The notes: generated by a model not told the origin, from the sequence alone. Shown: positions 40,453 to 51,957, counted from the whole stretch's first letter. The stretch is DNA of 63,894 bases, filler included, from 9 parts of 9 records of this genome joined end to end with filler, not necessarily neighbours in it; one strand, 5' to 3'. Program-made: numbers and translations.

Positions 40453-41250
40453 ATGAATTATTCCGAACTGACCACCGTGATGCGCCGTCTGGCTCTGGAG
40501 GCCGGAGAGAAGATCATGGAGATCTACAACTCCGACGATTTTGAGGTCATGGTCAAATCCGACGACAGCCCCGTCACCGTGGCCGATCAGGCCGCCGACG
40601 CGCTGATCTCGGACGGATTGCGCGCCGCTTTTCCGGACACCGCATTGGTGACAGAGGAACAGGCCGACAGCCATGATGTCACCGCCAAGACCTTTCTGAT
40701 CGTCGATCCGCTGGACGGCACCAAGGAATTCATCAAACGGCGCGGCGATTTCACCGTGAACATCGCGCTGGTCGAGGACGGAGTGCCGACGCGTGGTGTG
40801 GTTTATGCTCCCGCCAAAGGCCGCATGTTCTATACCGACAGCGTCGGCAACTCGGTCGAAGAAGCGGGACCTTTCGATCTGGAAACGCGCGGGGAAACCA
40901 AGCCGATCAAGGTCACGGCGCCCAAAAACGACTCGCTGATGGTTGTGGCGTCGAAATCGCACCGCGATCAGGCCACCGACGACTACATCGCCAAATACGA
41001 CGTCAAAGACATGACCAGCGCCGGGTCGTCGCTGAAATTCTGCCTTGTCGCCACGGGCGAGGCCGATCTCTACCCCCGGCTTGGCCGCACTATGGAATGG
41101 GATACGGCCGCCGGTCACGCTGTTCTGAACGGCGCTGGCGGGCGCGTGGTGCGCTTTGACGATCACACCGCATTGGCCTACGGCAAGGAAGGCTTCGCCA
41201 ACCCGTTCTTCATCGCCTACGCTCCGGGTGTGGATCTGAAAGAGGGCTGA
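40453..41250 (+). CDS. cysQ: 3'(2'),5'-bisphosphate nucleotidase
   Basis: KSDDSPVTVAD, DPLDGTKEFI, SKSH, GSSLKFC and MEWDTAAG motifs. Confidence 0.95.
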   Translation: MNYSELTTVMRRLALEAGEKIMEIYNSDDFEVMVKSDDSPVTVADQAADALISDGLRAAFPDTALVTEEQADSHDVTAKTFLIVDPLDGTKEFIKRRGDFTVNIALVEDGVPTRGVVYAPAKGRMFYTDSVGNSVEEAGPFDLETRGETKPIKVTAPKNDSLMVVASKSHRDQATDDYIAKYDVKDMTSAGSSLKFCLVATGEADLYPRLGRTMEWDTAAGHAVLNGAGGRVVRFDDHTALAYGKEGFANPFFIAYAPGVDLKEG

Positions 41251-41258
41251 GTCCCCAC

Positions 41259-42482
41259 ATGACCCTGCCGGTCAGCATCGTCATCGTCAGCCGGGGCCGA
41301 CCGGCCGCGCTGATGCGCTGCCTGACCGGGGTCGGCCAACTGGACTATGCCCCGTTTGAAATCGTTGTCGTCGCCTGCCCCGCAGGCGCCGACGCCACGG
41401 CGGCCCGGCCTGACGCCAACCATATTAAGCTGATCCGTTTTGATGAACCCAACATCTCAGCCGCCCGCAATCTGGGGATTGCCGCCGCGTCCGGTGAGAT
41501 TACGGCCTTTATCGACGACGACGCGGTGCCGGAACCGCTGTGGCTGCGGCACCTAACCGGCCCGTTCGACGATCCACAGGTGGCCTGCACCGGGGGCTAT
41601 GTGATCGGGCGGAATGGCATTTCTTTTCAGTGGACATCGCGCAGTGTCGACAAAACAGGCGACGCGCACCCGCTGGCCTTGACCGGCGATGCCCCCGCAA
41701 CACCCCCCCCGCCGCAAGGACAGGCGATCAAGACCGAAGGCACTAATATGGCAGTGCGCCGCGATGTGCTGTCCGCGCTTGGCGGTTTTGACCCGGCGTT
41801 CCGCTTTTATCTTGATGAAACCGATCTGAACCTGCGCCTGACTGCAGCGGGCCATCGGACTGCGCTGGTGCCAATGGCGCAGGTCCATCACGGATACGCC
41901 GAAAGCGCCCGGCGCGCTCGCGACCGCAGCCCGCGCGACCTGACAGAGATCGGTGCGTCGCAGATGGTCTTTTTGCGCAAGCATTGCCCCGAAACCGACA
42001 GGGACGCAGCATGGCGCACCTTTGCGGACGGACAGCGCGCACGCCTGCTGCGCTTCATGCAGAGCGGCCAACTGGACCCGTCAGATGTGGCGCGCCTGAT
42101 GCGTGGCTTGAGGCGCGGCGCACAGGACGGCACCAGCCGCAAATTCGGGGCAACCCCGGCCTTGTCCCCCCCGGATCAGAGGTTTTTGCCTTATCCCGGA
42201 CGTCCGGACGCCCCGCGTGTCTGCCTTGCCGGAAGACCGTGGCAGGCCGCGCGGCAGCGCGTCAAAGCGGCGCAGGCGGTCCGCGACGGCGCCATCGTCA
42301 GCCTGTTCTTGTTTTCCCCGACAGTCCGCCGCCACCGTGTCAGTTTTACCTCTGATGGGGTCTGGGAACAATCAGGCGGTCTTTTTGGGCAGAGTGATCG
42401 CGACAGTCCGGCAATCCGCTTGCAGCTCTTTTCTTCTCGCCTCTCATCAGAGATTATGCGAGTGCGGAAACAGCGCGGCTAG
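41259..42482 (+). CDS. Family 2 glycosyltransferase
   Basis: SAARNLG, AFIDDDA, GTNM and LGGFDPAFRFYLDETDL motifs. Confidence 0.9.
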   Translation: MTLPVSIVIVSRGRPAALMRCLTGVGQLDYAPFEIVVVACPAGADATAARPDANHIKLIRFDEPNISAARNLGIAAASGEITAFIDDDAVPEPLWLRHLTGPFDDPQVACTGGYVIGRNGISFQWTSRSVDKTGDAHPLALTGDAPATPPPPQGQAIKTEGTNMAVRRDVLSALGGFDPAFRFYLDETDLNLRLTAAGHRTALVPMAQVHHGYAESARRARDRSPRDLTEIGASQMVFLRKHCPETDRDAAWRTFADGQRARLLRFMQSGQLDPSDVARLMRGLRRGAQDGTSRKFGATPALSPPDQRFLPYPGRPDAPRVCLAGRPWQAARQRVKAAQAVRDGAIVSLFLFSPTVRRHRVSFTSDGVWEQSGGLFGQSDRDSPAIRLQLFSSRLSSEIMRVRKQRG

Positions 42483-42622
42483 CGCGGATTTTGCGGATCG
42501 ATAGCCCGACATGACGACATATTGGGAACATATTTTTACCTAAGTTTTTTGCCATTCCGTGCGATAAGGCCCCGCGATTGGCGGCCAAAGGGACCGGGCG
42601 GCAAAAACAGACGGAGACTGAA

Positions 42623-43513
42623 ATGAAAAAGAAAGTCACCAAGGCGATCTTTCCTGTGGCGGGGCTAGGCACCCGTTTTCTTCCCGCCACCAAATCCGTT
42701 CCAAAGGAGATCATGACGCTGGTTGATCGCCCGCTGGTACAATACGCGATTGATGAGGCCCGCGCCGCCGGGATCGAGGAATTTATCTTTGTCACCTCGC
42801 GCGGCAAAGGCGCGCTAGAGGACTATTTCGACGTCGCCCCGCAGTTGGAAGAAGAACTGCGCCGCAAGGGCAAGGATCAATTGCTGGACATCCTGTTGTC
42901 GACCAACATGGACAGCGGTGAGATCGCCTATATCCGCCAGCATAAGGCGCTGGGTCTGGGCCACGCCATCTGGTGCGCGCGCCGTCTGATTGGCGATCAG
43001 CCCTTTGCCGTCATGCTGCCCGACGATGTGATCGCCGCCGAAAAACCCTGCCTTCAGCAGATGGTCGAGGCCTATGAACAAACCGGCGGCTGCATGGTCG
43101 CCGCGATGGAGGTTCCGCAAGATCGTGTCAGCGCCTATGGCGTTCTGGATATATCCGAGGACATGGGTCAGATGGTCAAGGTCAAGGGCATGGTCGAAAA
43201 GCCGCCCGCCGATCAGGCACCATCAAACCTGGCCGTAATTGGCCGCTACATCCTGACACCCGACGTGTTCAAGCATCTGGAAAATCCGCAGACCGGCGCC
43301 GGGGGCGAGATCCAGTTGACCGACGCGATTGACAAGGAAATCAACGGAAGCGGTGTTTACGGCTACCGCTTCAACGGCCAACGGTTCGACTGTGGGTCCA
43401 AGGCCGGTTTCCTACAGGCCACCGTTGCCTTTGGTCTGGCGCGCGATGAACTGAAGGACGATCTGGGGGCTTACCTGGACGAACTGGCGATTTCTCGCAA
43501 GGCAGCGGAATAG
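42623..43513 (+). CDS. galU: UTP-glucose-1-phosphate uridylyltransferase
   Basis: PVAGLGTRFLPATK, LGLGHA, VEKP, GEIQLTDA and RFDCG motifs. Confidence 0.96.
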   Translation: MKKKVTKAIFPVAGLGTRFLPATKSVPKEIMTLVDRPLVQYAIDEARAAGIEEFIFVTSRGKGALEDYFDVAPQLEEELRRKGKDQLLDILLSTNMDSGEIAYIRQHKALGLGHAIWCARRLIGDQPFAVMLPDDVIAAEKPCLQQMVEAYEQTGGCMVAAMEVPQDRVSAYGVLDISEDMGQMVKVKGMVEKPPADQAPSNLAVIGRYILTPDVFKHLENPQTGAGGEIQLTDAIDKEINGSGVYGYRFNGQRFDCGSKAGFLQATVAFGLARDELKDDLGAYLDELAISRKAAE

Positions 43514-43518
43514 GCCAG

Positions 43519-44046
43519 ATGGCGCATGTTCTGGTCACCGGCGGAGCAGGATATATCGGCAGCCACGCTTGCAAGGCGCTGCGGGCGGCGGGCTATACGC
43601 CCGTCACTTATGATAACCTGTCCACCGGCTGGCAGGACGCGGTAAAATTTGGCCCCTTCGAACAGGGCGCTCTGTCAGACCGTGCCCGTCTGGATGAGGT
43701 CTTTGCCAAGTGGCAGCCGGCGGCGGTGATGCATTTCGCTGCCCTCAGTCAGGTTGGTGAGGCGATGGCCAAACCGGGGTTGTATTGGCGAAACAACGTC
43801 GAAGGCTCGCTGACCCTGATCGAGGCCGCCTGCGCCGCCGGATGTCTTGATTTCGTGTTCTCCTCAACCTGCGCCACCTACGGCGAACATGACAACGTGG
43901 TGCTGGATGAAAACACGCCACAAGACCCGCTGAACGCCTATGGCGCGTCCAAGCGCGCGGTTGAAAACATCCTGCGCGACTTCGGCGCGTCCCATGGCCT
44001 GAAATCGGTGATCTTTCGCTATTTCAACGTGGCGGGCGCCGATCCC
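43519..44046 (+). CDS. galE: UDP-glucose 4-epimerase, N-terminal fragment
   Basis: TGGAGYIGSH, HFAA, FSSTCATYG, YGASK and RYFNVAGADP motifs. Confidence 0.94.
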
Positions 44047-44146
44047 NNNNNNNNNNNNNNNNNNNNNNNNNNNNNNNNNNNNNNNNNNNNTTAATTAATT
44101 AANNNNNNNNNNNNNNNNNNNNNNNNNNNNNNNNNNNNNNNNNNNN
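44047..44146. other. Artificial contig spacer
   Basis: N44-TTAATTAATTAA-N44. Confidence 0.99.
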
Positions 44147-44147
44147 C

Positions 44148-44792
44148 GAAGATGGAATGAAGCTCGGCATTGGCACAGGCTCGACAGCGGAAGAGTTCGT
44201 AAAGCTGCTGGCCGAGCGCGTAGCGGGTGGATTGAAGATCATCGGTGTCCCGACCTCGGAGCGCACAGCCGCATTGGCAACCAAACTGTCCGTCCCGCTT
44301 TCTAATCTCGATGACACCCCCCATCTCGATCTCACGATTGACGGGGCAGATGAACTGGATAGCCAGCTGTGCCTGATCAAGGGCGGTGGCGGCGCGTTGC
44401 TTCGTGAGAAAATCGTGGCTACAGCCTCAGACCGCATGATCGTGATTGCTGATGCCTCCAAGGTGGTCACTACACTTGGTGCATTTGCGCTGCCGGTTGA
44501 GGTCATTCCCTTTGGTGCAGTGTCCACTGTCGCGCGCTTGTCGCAAGTTGCGTCTGCCTATGGCTGTCAGGGCAAGATTACACAGCGTTGCGATAGCTAT
44601 GGTGAACCGTTTTTCACCGATTCCAACAATTTCATTTTTGACTGTGCATTTGGACAGATCCCCGATCCGGTCAACCTTGCCCGTGAGTTGAACCTCATCG
44701 CAGGTGTTGTTGAAACGGGCCTTTTTATCAATATTGCCTCCCTTGCCCTTGTTGGCACACCGTCGGGTGTCGATATGATTGAACCTAGCTAG
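44148..44792 (+). CDS. rpiA: Ribose-5-phosphate isomerase A, 5'-truncated
   Basis: [24 protein letters not shown] and GVVETGLF motifs. Confidence 0.96.
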   Translation, partial: EDGMKLGIGTGSTAEEFVKLLAERVAGGLKIIGVPTSERTAALATKLSVPLSNLDDTPHLDLTIDGADELDSQLCLIKGGGGALLREKIVATASDRMIVIADASKVVTTLGAFALPVEVIPFGAVSTVARLSQVASAYGCQGKITQRCDSYGEPFFTDSNNFIFDCAFGQIPDPVNLARELNLIAGVVETGLFINIASLALVGTPSGVDMIEPS

Positions 44793-44834
44793 TCTTTCTT
44801 CAAAGGTAAGACACAATAAGAAAAGGGACGTTCG

Positions 44835-46211
44835 ATGACGCATGCCTATGACTACGACCTCTTTGTAATTGGTGCAGGCTCCGGCGGTGTGCGTGCCAGC
44901 CGCATTGCGGCAAGCCACGGTGCCAAAGTGGCTGTTGCAGAGGAGTATCGTGTTGGCGGTACATGTGTCATTCGCGGCTGCGTTCCCAAAAAGCTCTTTG
45001 TCTATGCAAGCAGCTTTGGCGAGGAGTTCGAGGACGCCGAGGGTTTTGGCTGGACGGTTGGCGCGCGCAGTTTTTCCTGGGAAAAGCTCATTGCCAACAA
45101 AGATAAGGAAATTGACCGCCTCAACGGCATCTATATCCGCAATCTGCAAAATTCCGGTGTGGAGATTATTCAATCCCGCGCTGTTCTGAAAGATGCGCAT
45201 ACGCTCCATCTTGTTGGTGAAAACCGTGATGTCACTGCGGATAAGATCCTTATTGCCACAGGCGGCACACCCTTTTTGCCCACTGACGTGCCGGGCATCG
45301 AACATGCGATTACTTCTAACGAGGCCTTCCATCTCCCCTCATTGCCGAAGCGCGGTATTGTCGTTGGCGGCGGATATATAGCGGTGGAATTTGCGGGCAT
45401 TTTCCATGGGCTCGGAGTTGAGACAACGCTGCTCTATCGCGGCGAGAAGATTTTGCGCGGCTTCGACGAGGATTTGCGCGATGGGTTGAGCGAAGAATTG
45501 GTCAGGAAAGGTCTTGAATTGCGGGTCGCGTGCCGCATCGTCTCGATTGAAAAACAGGGTGAAACCCTGATAGCGACACTGGACGACGGATCGAAAATCG
45601 AGGCTGGTTTCATCATGTACGCGACAGGGCGTGCGCCTAACGTTGAAGGGCTCGGGCTGGAGGCGCTGGGCATAACATTGAATGAAAATGGCGCTATCGC
45701 TGTTGATCCTTATTCCCAGACCAATGTTCCCAATATCTATGCCGTGGGTGATGTGACGGACCGCGCAGCTCTTACGCCTATCGCCATCCGTGAAGGCCAG
45801 GCATTTGCCGAAACGGTCTTTAATAATAATCCGATTGCTGTCGATCATTCGATTATCGCAACGGCGGTTTTTTCTCAGCCCGAACTTGGCACTGTCGGTT
45901 TGTCCGAGCATGAGGCGCGCAGCCAGTACGACGATCTCGATATTTACAAGACCAGCTTCCGTGCGATGAAGCACACAATGACTGGTCGGCAAGAAAAAAC
46001 GTTTATGAAGCTTGTTGTCGATGCGAAGTCCCAACGCGTTTTGGGTGTGCACCTGATGGGTCCGTCATCTGGTGAAATCATTCAGGCTGTCGGCATCGCG
46101 GTCACTATGGGGGCCACAAAAGCGCAATTCGACCAGACTGTTGCAGTCCATCCCACAGCGTCGGAAGAATTGGTGACGCTCAAGCAAAAATGGCAGTCGC
46201 CCGCGGTATGA
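44835..46211 (+). CDS. gor: Glutathione-disulfide reductase
   Basis: GAGSGG, GGTCVIRGCVPKK, GGGYIAVE and HPTASEE motifs. Confidence 0.96.
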   Translation: MTHAYDYDLFVIGAGSGGVRASRIAASHGAKVAVAEEYRVGGTCVIRGCVPKKLFVYASSFGEEFEDAEGFGWTVGARSFSWEKLIANKDKEIDRLNGIYIRNLQNSGVEIIQSRAVLKDAHTLHLVGENRDVTADKILIATGGTPFLPTDVPGIEHAITSNEAFHLPSLPKRGIVVGGGYIAVEFAGIFHGLGVETTLLYRGEKILRGFDEDLRDGLSEELVRKGLELRVACRIVSIEKQGETLIATLDDGSKIEAGFIMYATGRAPNVEGLGLEALGITLNENGAIAVDPYSQTNVPNIYAVGDVTDRAALTPIAIREGQAFAETVFNNNPIAVDHSIIATAVFSQPELGTVGLSEHEARSQYDDLDIYKTSFRAMKHTMTGRQEKTFMKLVVDAKSQRVLGVHLMGPSSGEIIQAVGIAVTMGATKAQFDQTVAVHPTASEELVTLKQKWQSPAV

Positions 46212-46380
46212 GGCGACAAACTCTAATGGCTTCTTAACAATAACTTTGAAACTGTTTGTGACGAATTTCATTTCCGAGATGTAATTTTTTTGTAATCGCC
46301 GACATTTGATGCCGCGCGGGACGTGCGTTAGTTCCCGAGCAATTCCTGCTCATCCAGATCCTATCTTGGAGAGGCACCCT

Positions 46381-47877
46381 ATGTTTGCCGCAATATCATC
46401 CGAAGCACGCGAATGGAAAGCCAAGCTTGAAGCGATCAGCAAATCGCAGGCTGAAATCGAATTCAGGCTTGATGGTACAATCGTCACGGCTAATGAAAAC
46501 TTCTTGAAGGTGCTCGGCTATACGCTTGATGAAATCAAGGGCAAGCATCATTCGATGTTCGTGGATAATGCGTATCGTGACAGTGCCGAGTATGCTGACT
46601 TCTGGGAGCATCTGCGCCACGGAGAGTTCCAGTCTGCCGAGTATAAGCGTCTTGCCAAAGGCGGACGGGAGGTCTGGATTCAAGCGACATATAATCCGAT
46701 TTTTGACCTTATGGGTAAGCCCTACAAGGTCGTGAAATTTGCAACCGATGTTACAGCACGCAAGTTGGAAGGCGCCAATGTCCGCGGTCAGATTGCGGCC
46801 ATCCATAAATCACAAGCCGTTATCGAATTTTATATGGATGGCACGATTGCGACTGCCAATGCGAATTTTCTCTCGGCGGTGGGCTATGAGTTATCCGAAA
46901 TCGAAGGCCAGCATCATTCTATATTTGTCGAGCCCGCTTATAAGGCGAGTGCAGAGTACAAGGAATTTTGGGCATCCTTGCGGCGTGGCGCGTATCAGGC
47001 TGCCGAGTATAAGCGCATAGGCAAGGGCGGTCGCGAGATCTGGATTCAGGCCAGCTACAATCCGATCATGGATCTCAATGGCAAGCCGTTCAAAGTTGTA
47101 AAATTTGCCACCGACATCACAGAAATGGTCAAGACCCGTATGCGCGCCGAGGCGGTCCAGAAAGTGATTGACGAGAATCTTGATCTCATCGACGCCTCTA
47201 TACATGAGACCACCGGCCAGTCAGCCAATGCCTCGGCCGCTTCGACGCAGACAGCGGGTAACGTACAGGCGATTGCAGCTGGCGTGGAAGAGATGAACAC
47301 GTCTGTTCGCGAGATCGCGACCACCATGTCTTTGTCGCGTTCTACAGCCGATACAGCGGTTGAAAACACACATCACGCCAATCTCGCTGCACAGCGTCTC
47401 GACGAGGCCACCAAATCGATGGGCGGCATTGTCGGTCTCATCAATGACATTACCGATCAGATCAATCTCCTTGCCCTCAATGCGACCATTGAGGCGGCAC
47501 GCGCCGGTGATGCTGGTCGCGGCTTCGCCGTAGTCGCCAGCGAGGTCAAAAACCTGTCTCGTCAAGCTCGGGAGGCAACCGACCGTATCGCGCAAGAAGT
47601 CAGCGACACACGTGCAGTGTCTGACGATGTGATCCATTCGCTTGATGCTATCCGCAGCTCCATAGAAACCCTGCGCGAGAATGTCTCAGGCGCCGCCGGT
47701 GCCATTGAGGAACAAAGTACAGTTGCCAATGAGATGTCGGCCAATATGCAGTCGGCCTCTATTGCGGTCGAAAGTATTTCGGAGAATATCAAGAGTATCG
47801 TGCAGGCGGCTGATCAGGCCGAGCAGTCCAATGATCTTGTGCGTAACGCCGTTTTGTCTTTGCGTGTGCCAGCCTAA
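46381..47877 (+). CDS. Soluble PAS-PAS methyl-accepting chemoreceptor (BdlA-like)
   Basis: Two highly similar PAS/PAC repeats ([16 protein letters not shown]), signalling hairpin [14 protein letters not shown], no TM segment. Confidence 0.92.
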   Translation: MFAAISSEAREWKAKLEAISKSQAEIEFRLDGTIVTANENFLKVLGYTLDEIKGKHHSMFVDNAYRDSAEYADFWEHLRHGEFQSAEYKRLAKGGREVWIQATYNPIFDLMGKPYKVVKFATDVTARKLEGANVRGQIAAIHKSQAVIEFYMDGTIATANANFLSAVGYELSEIEGQHHSIFVEPAYKASAEYKEFWASLRRGAYQAAEYKRIGKGGREIWIQASYNPIMDLNGKPFKVVKFATDITEMVKTRMRAEAVQKVIDENLDLIDASIHETTGQSANASAASTQTAGNVQAIAAGVEEMNTSVREIATTMSLSRSTADTAVENTHHANLAAQRLDEATKSMGGIVGLINDITDQINLLALNATIEAARAGDAGRGFAVVASEVKNLSRQAREATDRIAQEVSDTRAVSDDVIHSLDAIRSSIETLRENVSGAAGAIEEQSTVANEMSANMQSASIAVESISENIKSIVQAADQAEQSNDLVRNAVLSLRVPA

Positions 47878-47920
47878 TGCGCGCTGTTCTTGACGTTATA
47901 TGACTGAAATCCCAGATATT

Positions 47921-47947
47921 GGGGCAGGGCATTCCTGCCCCTTTTTT
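47921..47947 (+). terminator. Intrinsic terminator
   Basis: GGGGCAGG-GCATT-CCTGCCCC followed by TTTTTT. Confidence 0.85.
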
Positions 47948-48145
47948 CATGTTTTGATCGCCTTTGACGACCGGAATGGGCCTAAAGCGCCCATATTTGC
48001 CTGTATTTCAGTCCTTTCAAGGGCTTAGGCTTCCCATTGCGCCGCATTGTGGATTATAAACCCCGCTCCCATATAAGGAGCGGGCAGGGCCTGAAGCGCT
48101 TGTTTTTGGCCTCTGTCTGCATTTGCGTTTTCTGGAGTGAGACTA

Positions 48146-48361
48146 ATGGCAGAGAGCTGGACACCGGATAGCTGGCGGGCAAAACCTGCAAAGCATCTGC
48201 CCGATTACCCTGATGCGGGCGCTTTGGCGTCCGTTGAAAGCCGCTTGCGCTCCTATCCGCCGCTAGTTTTTGCCGGCGAAGCACGGAAGTTGAAGAGTGC
48301 ATTGGCCGAAGTTTGTGAAGGTCGTGCTTTCCTGCTTCAGGGCGGCGATTGCGCCGAGAGC
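48146..48361 (+). CDS. Class II DAHP synthase, N-terminal fragment
   Basis: [18 protein letters not shown] and [12 protein letters not shown] motifs. Confidence 0.92.
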
Positions 48362-48461
48362 NNNNNNNNNNNNNNNNNNNNNNNNNNNNNNNNNNNNNNN
48401 NNNNNTTAATTAATTAANNNNNNNNNNNNNNNNNNNNNNNNNNNNNNNNNNNNNNNNNNNN
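48362..48461. other. Artificial contig spacer
   Basis: N44-TTAATTAATTAA-N44. Confidence 0.99.
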
Positions 48462-48758
48462 GTTTGGGAAAAGGTAGAAAAGTCTGTTGTACAAGGAAGC
48501 AATGTACGCGATGCACTGGCCTTTGTTGCACGTGGAGAGGCTTCACTCGGTATTGTCTATGAAACAGATGCTCGCATTGAGCCACGGGTTTCTATTGTCG
48601 GTCAGTTTCCAGCCGACACGCATCCGGCCATTATCTACCCCGCAGCCATGACAGCACGCGCGCACTCCGAAGATGCAGCAGATTTTTTTACATTTCTGCA
48701 ATCGCCCGAGGCTACAAAAATTTTCGAAAGTTATGGGTTTTCAGCACCTGCAAAATGA
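48462..48758 (+). CDS. modA: Molybdate-binding protein, C-terminal fragment
   Basis: Not in the ORF track. Manual translation gives NVRDALAFVARGEASLGIVYETDA...HPAIIYP...FESYGF. Confidence 0.88.
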   Translation, partial: VWEKVEKSVVQGSNVRDALAFVARGEASLGIVYETDARIEPRVSIVGQFPADTHPAIIYPAAMTARAHSEDAADFFTFLQSPEATKIFESYGFSAPAK

Positions 48759-48763
48759 GCTGC

Positions 48764-49228
48764 TCAAGCCTTGTTCGAAGCTCGACGCAAATGGAGTTGA
48801 ATGACCTCTTCCAGCGACCGCAAAAAACGCGAACGATCATCTTTCGTAAAAGGAGGGTTGGTGCCTTTGACGTCACCCGCTTCACGCAGCTGCTGCATCA
48901 AATCACGCATGGCTAAAGCCATGCCGATGCTCTCAGTCGTGAACGGTTTACCATTTGAATGAAGCGCGGAGGCGCCGACTTCGAGGCAACGGGAGGCAAG
49001 CGGAATATCCGCCGTTATACAGATGTCATCCGAACCGATATGTTCGGCAATCCAGTCATCCGCCGCATCCGGTGTTTGTGGCACCACAACCTGCTTGACC
49101 ATGGGATTACGACTAGGACGCATGCCACTGTTGCTGACAATATAAACCATGAGATTATGACGTTCGGCCACACGCAACACCTCGTCCTTCACTGGGCAGG
49201 CATCAGCATCAACATAGATTTCAGGCAT
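48764..49228 (-). CDS. YaiI/YqxD (DUF188) family protein
   Basis: IYVDADACPVK, DAADDWI, ITADIPLA and DRSRFL motifs. Confidence 0.92.
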   Translation of the reverse strand: MPEIYVDADACPVKDEVLRVAERHNLMVYIVSNSGMRPSRNPMVKQVVVPQTPDAADDWIAEHIGSDDICITADIPLASRCLEVGASALHSNGKPFTTESIGMALAMRDLMQQLREAGDVKGTNPPFTKDDRSRFLRSLEEVIQLHLRRASNKA

Positions 49229-49328
49229 AGGCACTCCAGTGGTCAGAAATATCTAGCGAGGACCACATTGCGTAATTTGAATGATCCGAACAATCATGCG
49301 TTAAATAACACTATGTTGGGAGGCATGC

Positions 49329-50132
49329 ATGGTTTACGAGACAATTGGTATCTGGTCCCTTCTGGCTGCAAACCTTGGCGCAATCCTTGTGATGATGCTG
49401 GTTTTGTGGGGCATCAGCATTCTGCTCGGTGATGTCAGTTTTATCGATGGGTTTTGGGCTCTAGGCTTTGTTCTTGTTGCCTGCGTGACATCCCAGCTCT
49501 TTCCATTTGGCGGCGTGCACCAGCAGCTCATATCCGCACTTGTCGTGATATGGGGATTGCGACTTGGGCTCTATCTCCTATGGAGATGGCGAAGCGAGGG
49601 GGCCGACGGGCGGTATATCAAGATGCTCAGCAAGGCACCTGGCAATGTGCATCTTTATACATTGCGCATCGTCTTTCTCTTGCAAGGAGCTCTGATGTGG
49701 GTCGTGTCATGGCCAATTATCCTTGGCGCTTTTGGCGCAACCGGACCGCTTGGATCACTTGCCTATATCGGTGCCGCTCTTGCCATTTCTGGTATTGCCT
49801 TCGAAAGCATCGGCGACATGCAATTGGCCCGCTTCAAGGCCAATGAAGCAAACAAGGGAAAAGTGCTGGACACCGGCTTGTGGCGATATACACGACATCC
49901 AAACTATTTCGGGGATATGTGCTTCTGGTGGGGATGTTTCTTTATTGCCTGCGAAGCGCCTTATGGCTGGTTGAGTCTTCCCGGACCATTGATTATGAGT
50001 TTTCTGCTTATCAAATGGAGCGGTGCGGCTTTGCTGGAAAGGCGCCTGCAACGGTCCAGACCGGAATATGCTGCCTATATGCAGAGGACCAGTGCATTTC
50101 TGCCCTGGCCCCCTAGATCATCCACAAAGTGA
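49329..50132 (+). CDS. DUF1295 membrane protein (steroid 5-alpha-reductase-like)
   Basis: SFIDGFW, WGLRL, ESIGDMQL, GLWRYTRHPNYFGD and FLPW motifs. Confidence 0.88.
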   Translation: MVYETIGIWSLLAANLGAILVMMLVLWGISILLGDVSFIDGFWALGFVLVACVTSQLFPFGGVHQQLISALVVIWGLRLGLYLLWRWRSEGADGRYIKMLSKAPGNVHLYTLRIVFLLQGALMWVVSWPIILGAFGATGPLGSLAYIGAALAISGIAFESIGDMQLARFKANEANKGKVLDTGLWRYTRHPNYFGDMCFWWGCFFIACEAPYGWLSLPGPLIMSFLLIKWSGAALLERRLQRSRPEYAAYMQRTSAFLPWPPRSSTK

Positions 50133-50148
50133 TATTCTTCTGCCCGCG

Positions 50149-50973
50149 TCAGGAGCTTCCCCCTGCCCGCTGGTCCGCCTGATTTTGCAAAAGCCGTCCG
50201 GCAAAGATCACACCCACCGCTACGGCAACCACAATAATGGTCGCCAATGCGTTGATCTCGGGCGTGATGCCGAAACGCACTTTCGAGAAAATCACCATCG
50301 GCAGAGTCGTCGCGCTCGGACCGGATGCAAAGCTTGCAATCACCAGATCGTCAAATGACAGGATGAAGGAAAGCAACCAGCCCGCCACAAGTGACGGAGC
50401 AATCATAGGCAATGTGACTGTTCGGAAAACCGTGAAAGGACCAGCACCGAGATCGAATGCGGCCTCCTCAAATGAGCGATCCAGCCCCGCCAGTCGAGAT
50501 TGCACGACAATTGCCACATAGGCAGATGAAAACGTGACATGAGCAATGACAATGGTCATCACGCCGCGCTGCGTGGGCCATCCAATGAGATTTTGCAGAG
50601 AAACAAACAAGAGCAGGATGGACAGACCCAAAATAACATCCGGCAAAACGAGACGTGAAGAGATCGACTGGATCATCACGGATCTGCCCCAAAACCGGCC
50701 GAAGCGAACCAGAGCAAAAGCTGCCATGGTACCCATCACCACGGACAAACAGGCATTGGCCACAGCAATCTTGAAACTCAAATAAGCCGCATCAAGCACC
50801 TGATCATCTTGCAGAAGCTCAAAATACCATTTGGTCGAAAACCCGCCCCAAACGGTCACCAATCGTGACTCGTTAAACGAGAAAATGATGAGCATGATGA
50901 TCGGCGCATAAAGAAATGTGAAACCGAACGCCATGCTAGCCAGCACGAAGGGAGAAAGGCCTGATTTTTTCAT
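50149..50973 (-). CDS. potI: Putrescine ABC permease PotI
   Basis: FSFNESRLVTVWGGFSTKWY, EEAAFDLGA and PEINALAT motifs. Confidence 0.9.
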   Translation of the reverse strand: MKKSGLSPFVLASMAFGFTFLYAPIIMLIIFSFNESRLVTVWGGFSTKWYFELLQDDQVLDAAYLSFKIAVANACLSVVMGTMAAFALVRFGRFWGRSVMIQSISSRLVLPDVILGLSILLLFVSLQNLIGWPTQRGVMTIVIAHVTFSSAYVAIVVQSRLAGLDRSFEEAAFDLGAGPFTVFRTVTLPMIAPSLVAGWLLSFILSFDDLVIASFASGPSATTLPMVIFSKVRFGITPEINALATIIVVAVAVGVIFAGRLLQNQADQRAGGSS

Positions 50974-51920
50974 GGTCTTGCCTCCGAGCGCGTTTGGAAA
51001 TGCTGATAGAGCATAATGGGGACAACCAGAAAGAGCATCAGCGCAATAGCGACGGCTGATGCCACAGGCCATGCCTGATTTTCAAAAAACTCATCCCAAA
51101 TCACGCGACCAATCATTGTTGTGCCCGGTCCACCGAGCAGGGACGGGATTACAAATTCACCAACGGCGGGGATAAAAACCAACATTGCACCGGCAATCAC
51201 TCCGGGCAGCGACAGGGGCAACGTGATGGAAAAAAACGCTCGCATACGCGATGCCCCGAGGTCGCTCGCAGCCTCAAGCAAGGTGAAATCGAGACGGGAT
51301 AGCGATGCATAAAGCGGCAACAACATGAACGGCAGATAGGAATACACAATGCCGACATAGACAGAGAAGGCATTGTTCATCATCGGCAAAGGCGCATCGA
51401 TCAGTCCAATAGCCTCCAATGCATTGTTAATAATGCCATTATTTTTCAGAAGCCCGATCCACGCATAGACTCGCAGAAGCAGTGACGTCCAGAAAGGCAG
51501 CACGATGAGCAGCAGCAATGGGTTGCGCCAGCTCTCCGGCGCACGCGCGACACCATAGGCCACGGGATAGGCAATCAGTGTACAAATGCAAGTTGCGATA
51601 AAGGCAATCCGCACAGAGTTCAGATAAGCGAGAATGTAGAGCTTGTCAGTGAAGAGATATTGATAATTCGTAAGATCGATATGGATACCGGGCAAAACAC
51701 CATCCCCACTCCAATCAAAGAGCGGCGAGAATGGTGGAATGGCGATCATCTGGGTTGCAAAGCTGATCTTGAGCACGATCAGAAAGGGCAACAGAAAGAA
51801 GACACACAGCCAGATTAGCGGGACACCGATCACAATGCGTCGGCCGGTCAGCCCAATACGGGCCAAGCGTCCCATGATCTGTTCGGTTAGTTTGAAGCCC
51901 TGCGCACTTACGTCACTCAA
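50970..51920 (-). CDS. potH: Putrescine ABC permease PotH
   Basis: LPFLIVLKISF, PFWTSLLLRVYAW, EAASDLGA and VGEFVIPSLLGG motifs. Confidence 0.9.
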   Translation of the reverse strand: MSDVSAQGFKLTEQIMGRLARIGLTGRRIVIGVPLIWLCVFFLLPFLIVLKISFATQMIAIPPFSPLFDWSGDGVLPGIHIDLTNYQYLFTDKLYILAYLNSVRIAFIATCICTLIAYPVAYGVARAPESWRNPLLLLIVLPFWTSLLLRVYAWIGLLKNNGIINNALEAIGLIDAPLPMMNNAFSVYVGIVYSYLPFMLLPLYASLSRLDFTLLEAASDLGASRMRAFFSITLPLSLPGVIAGAMLVFIPAVGEFVIPSLLGGPGTTMIGRVIWDEFFENQAWPVASAVAIALMLFLVVPIMLYQHFQTRSEARP

Positions 51921-51957
51921 TCTTTGTTACCCCATTCAACACTGATGAGCATTGCAG

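Noticed and set aside
46420..47125. Internal ~360-nt duplication in the chemoreceptor
   Set aside because: Ordinary tandem PAS domains of a known receptor architecture.
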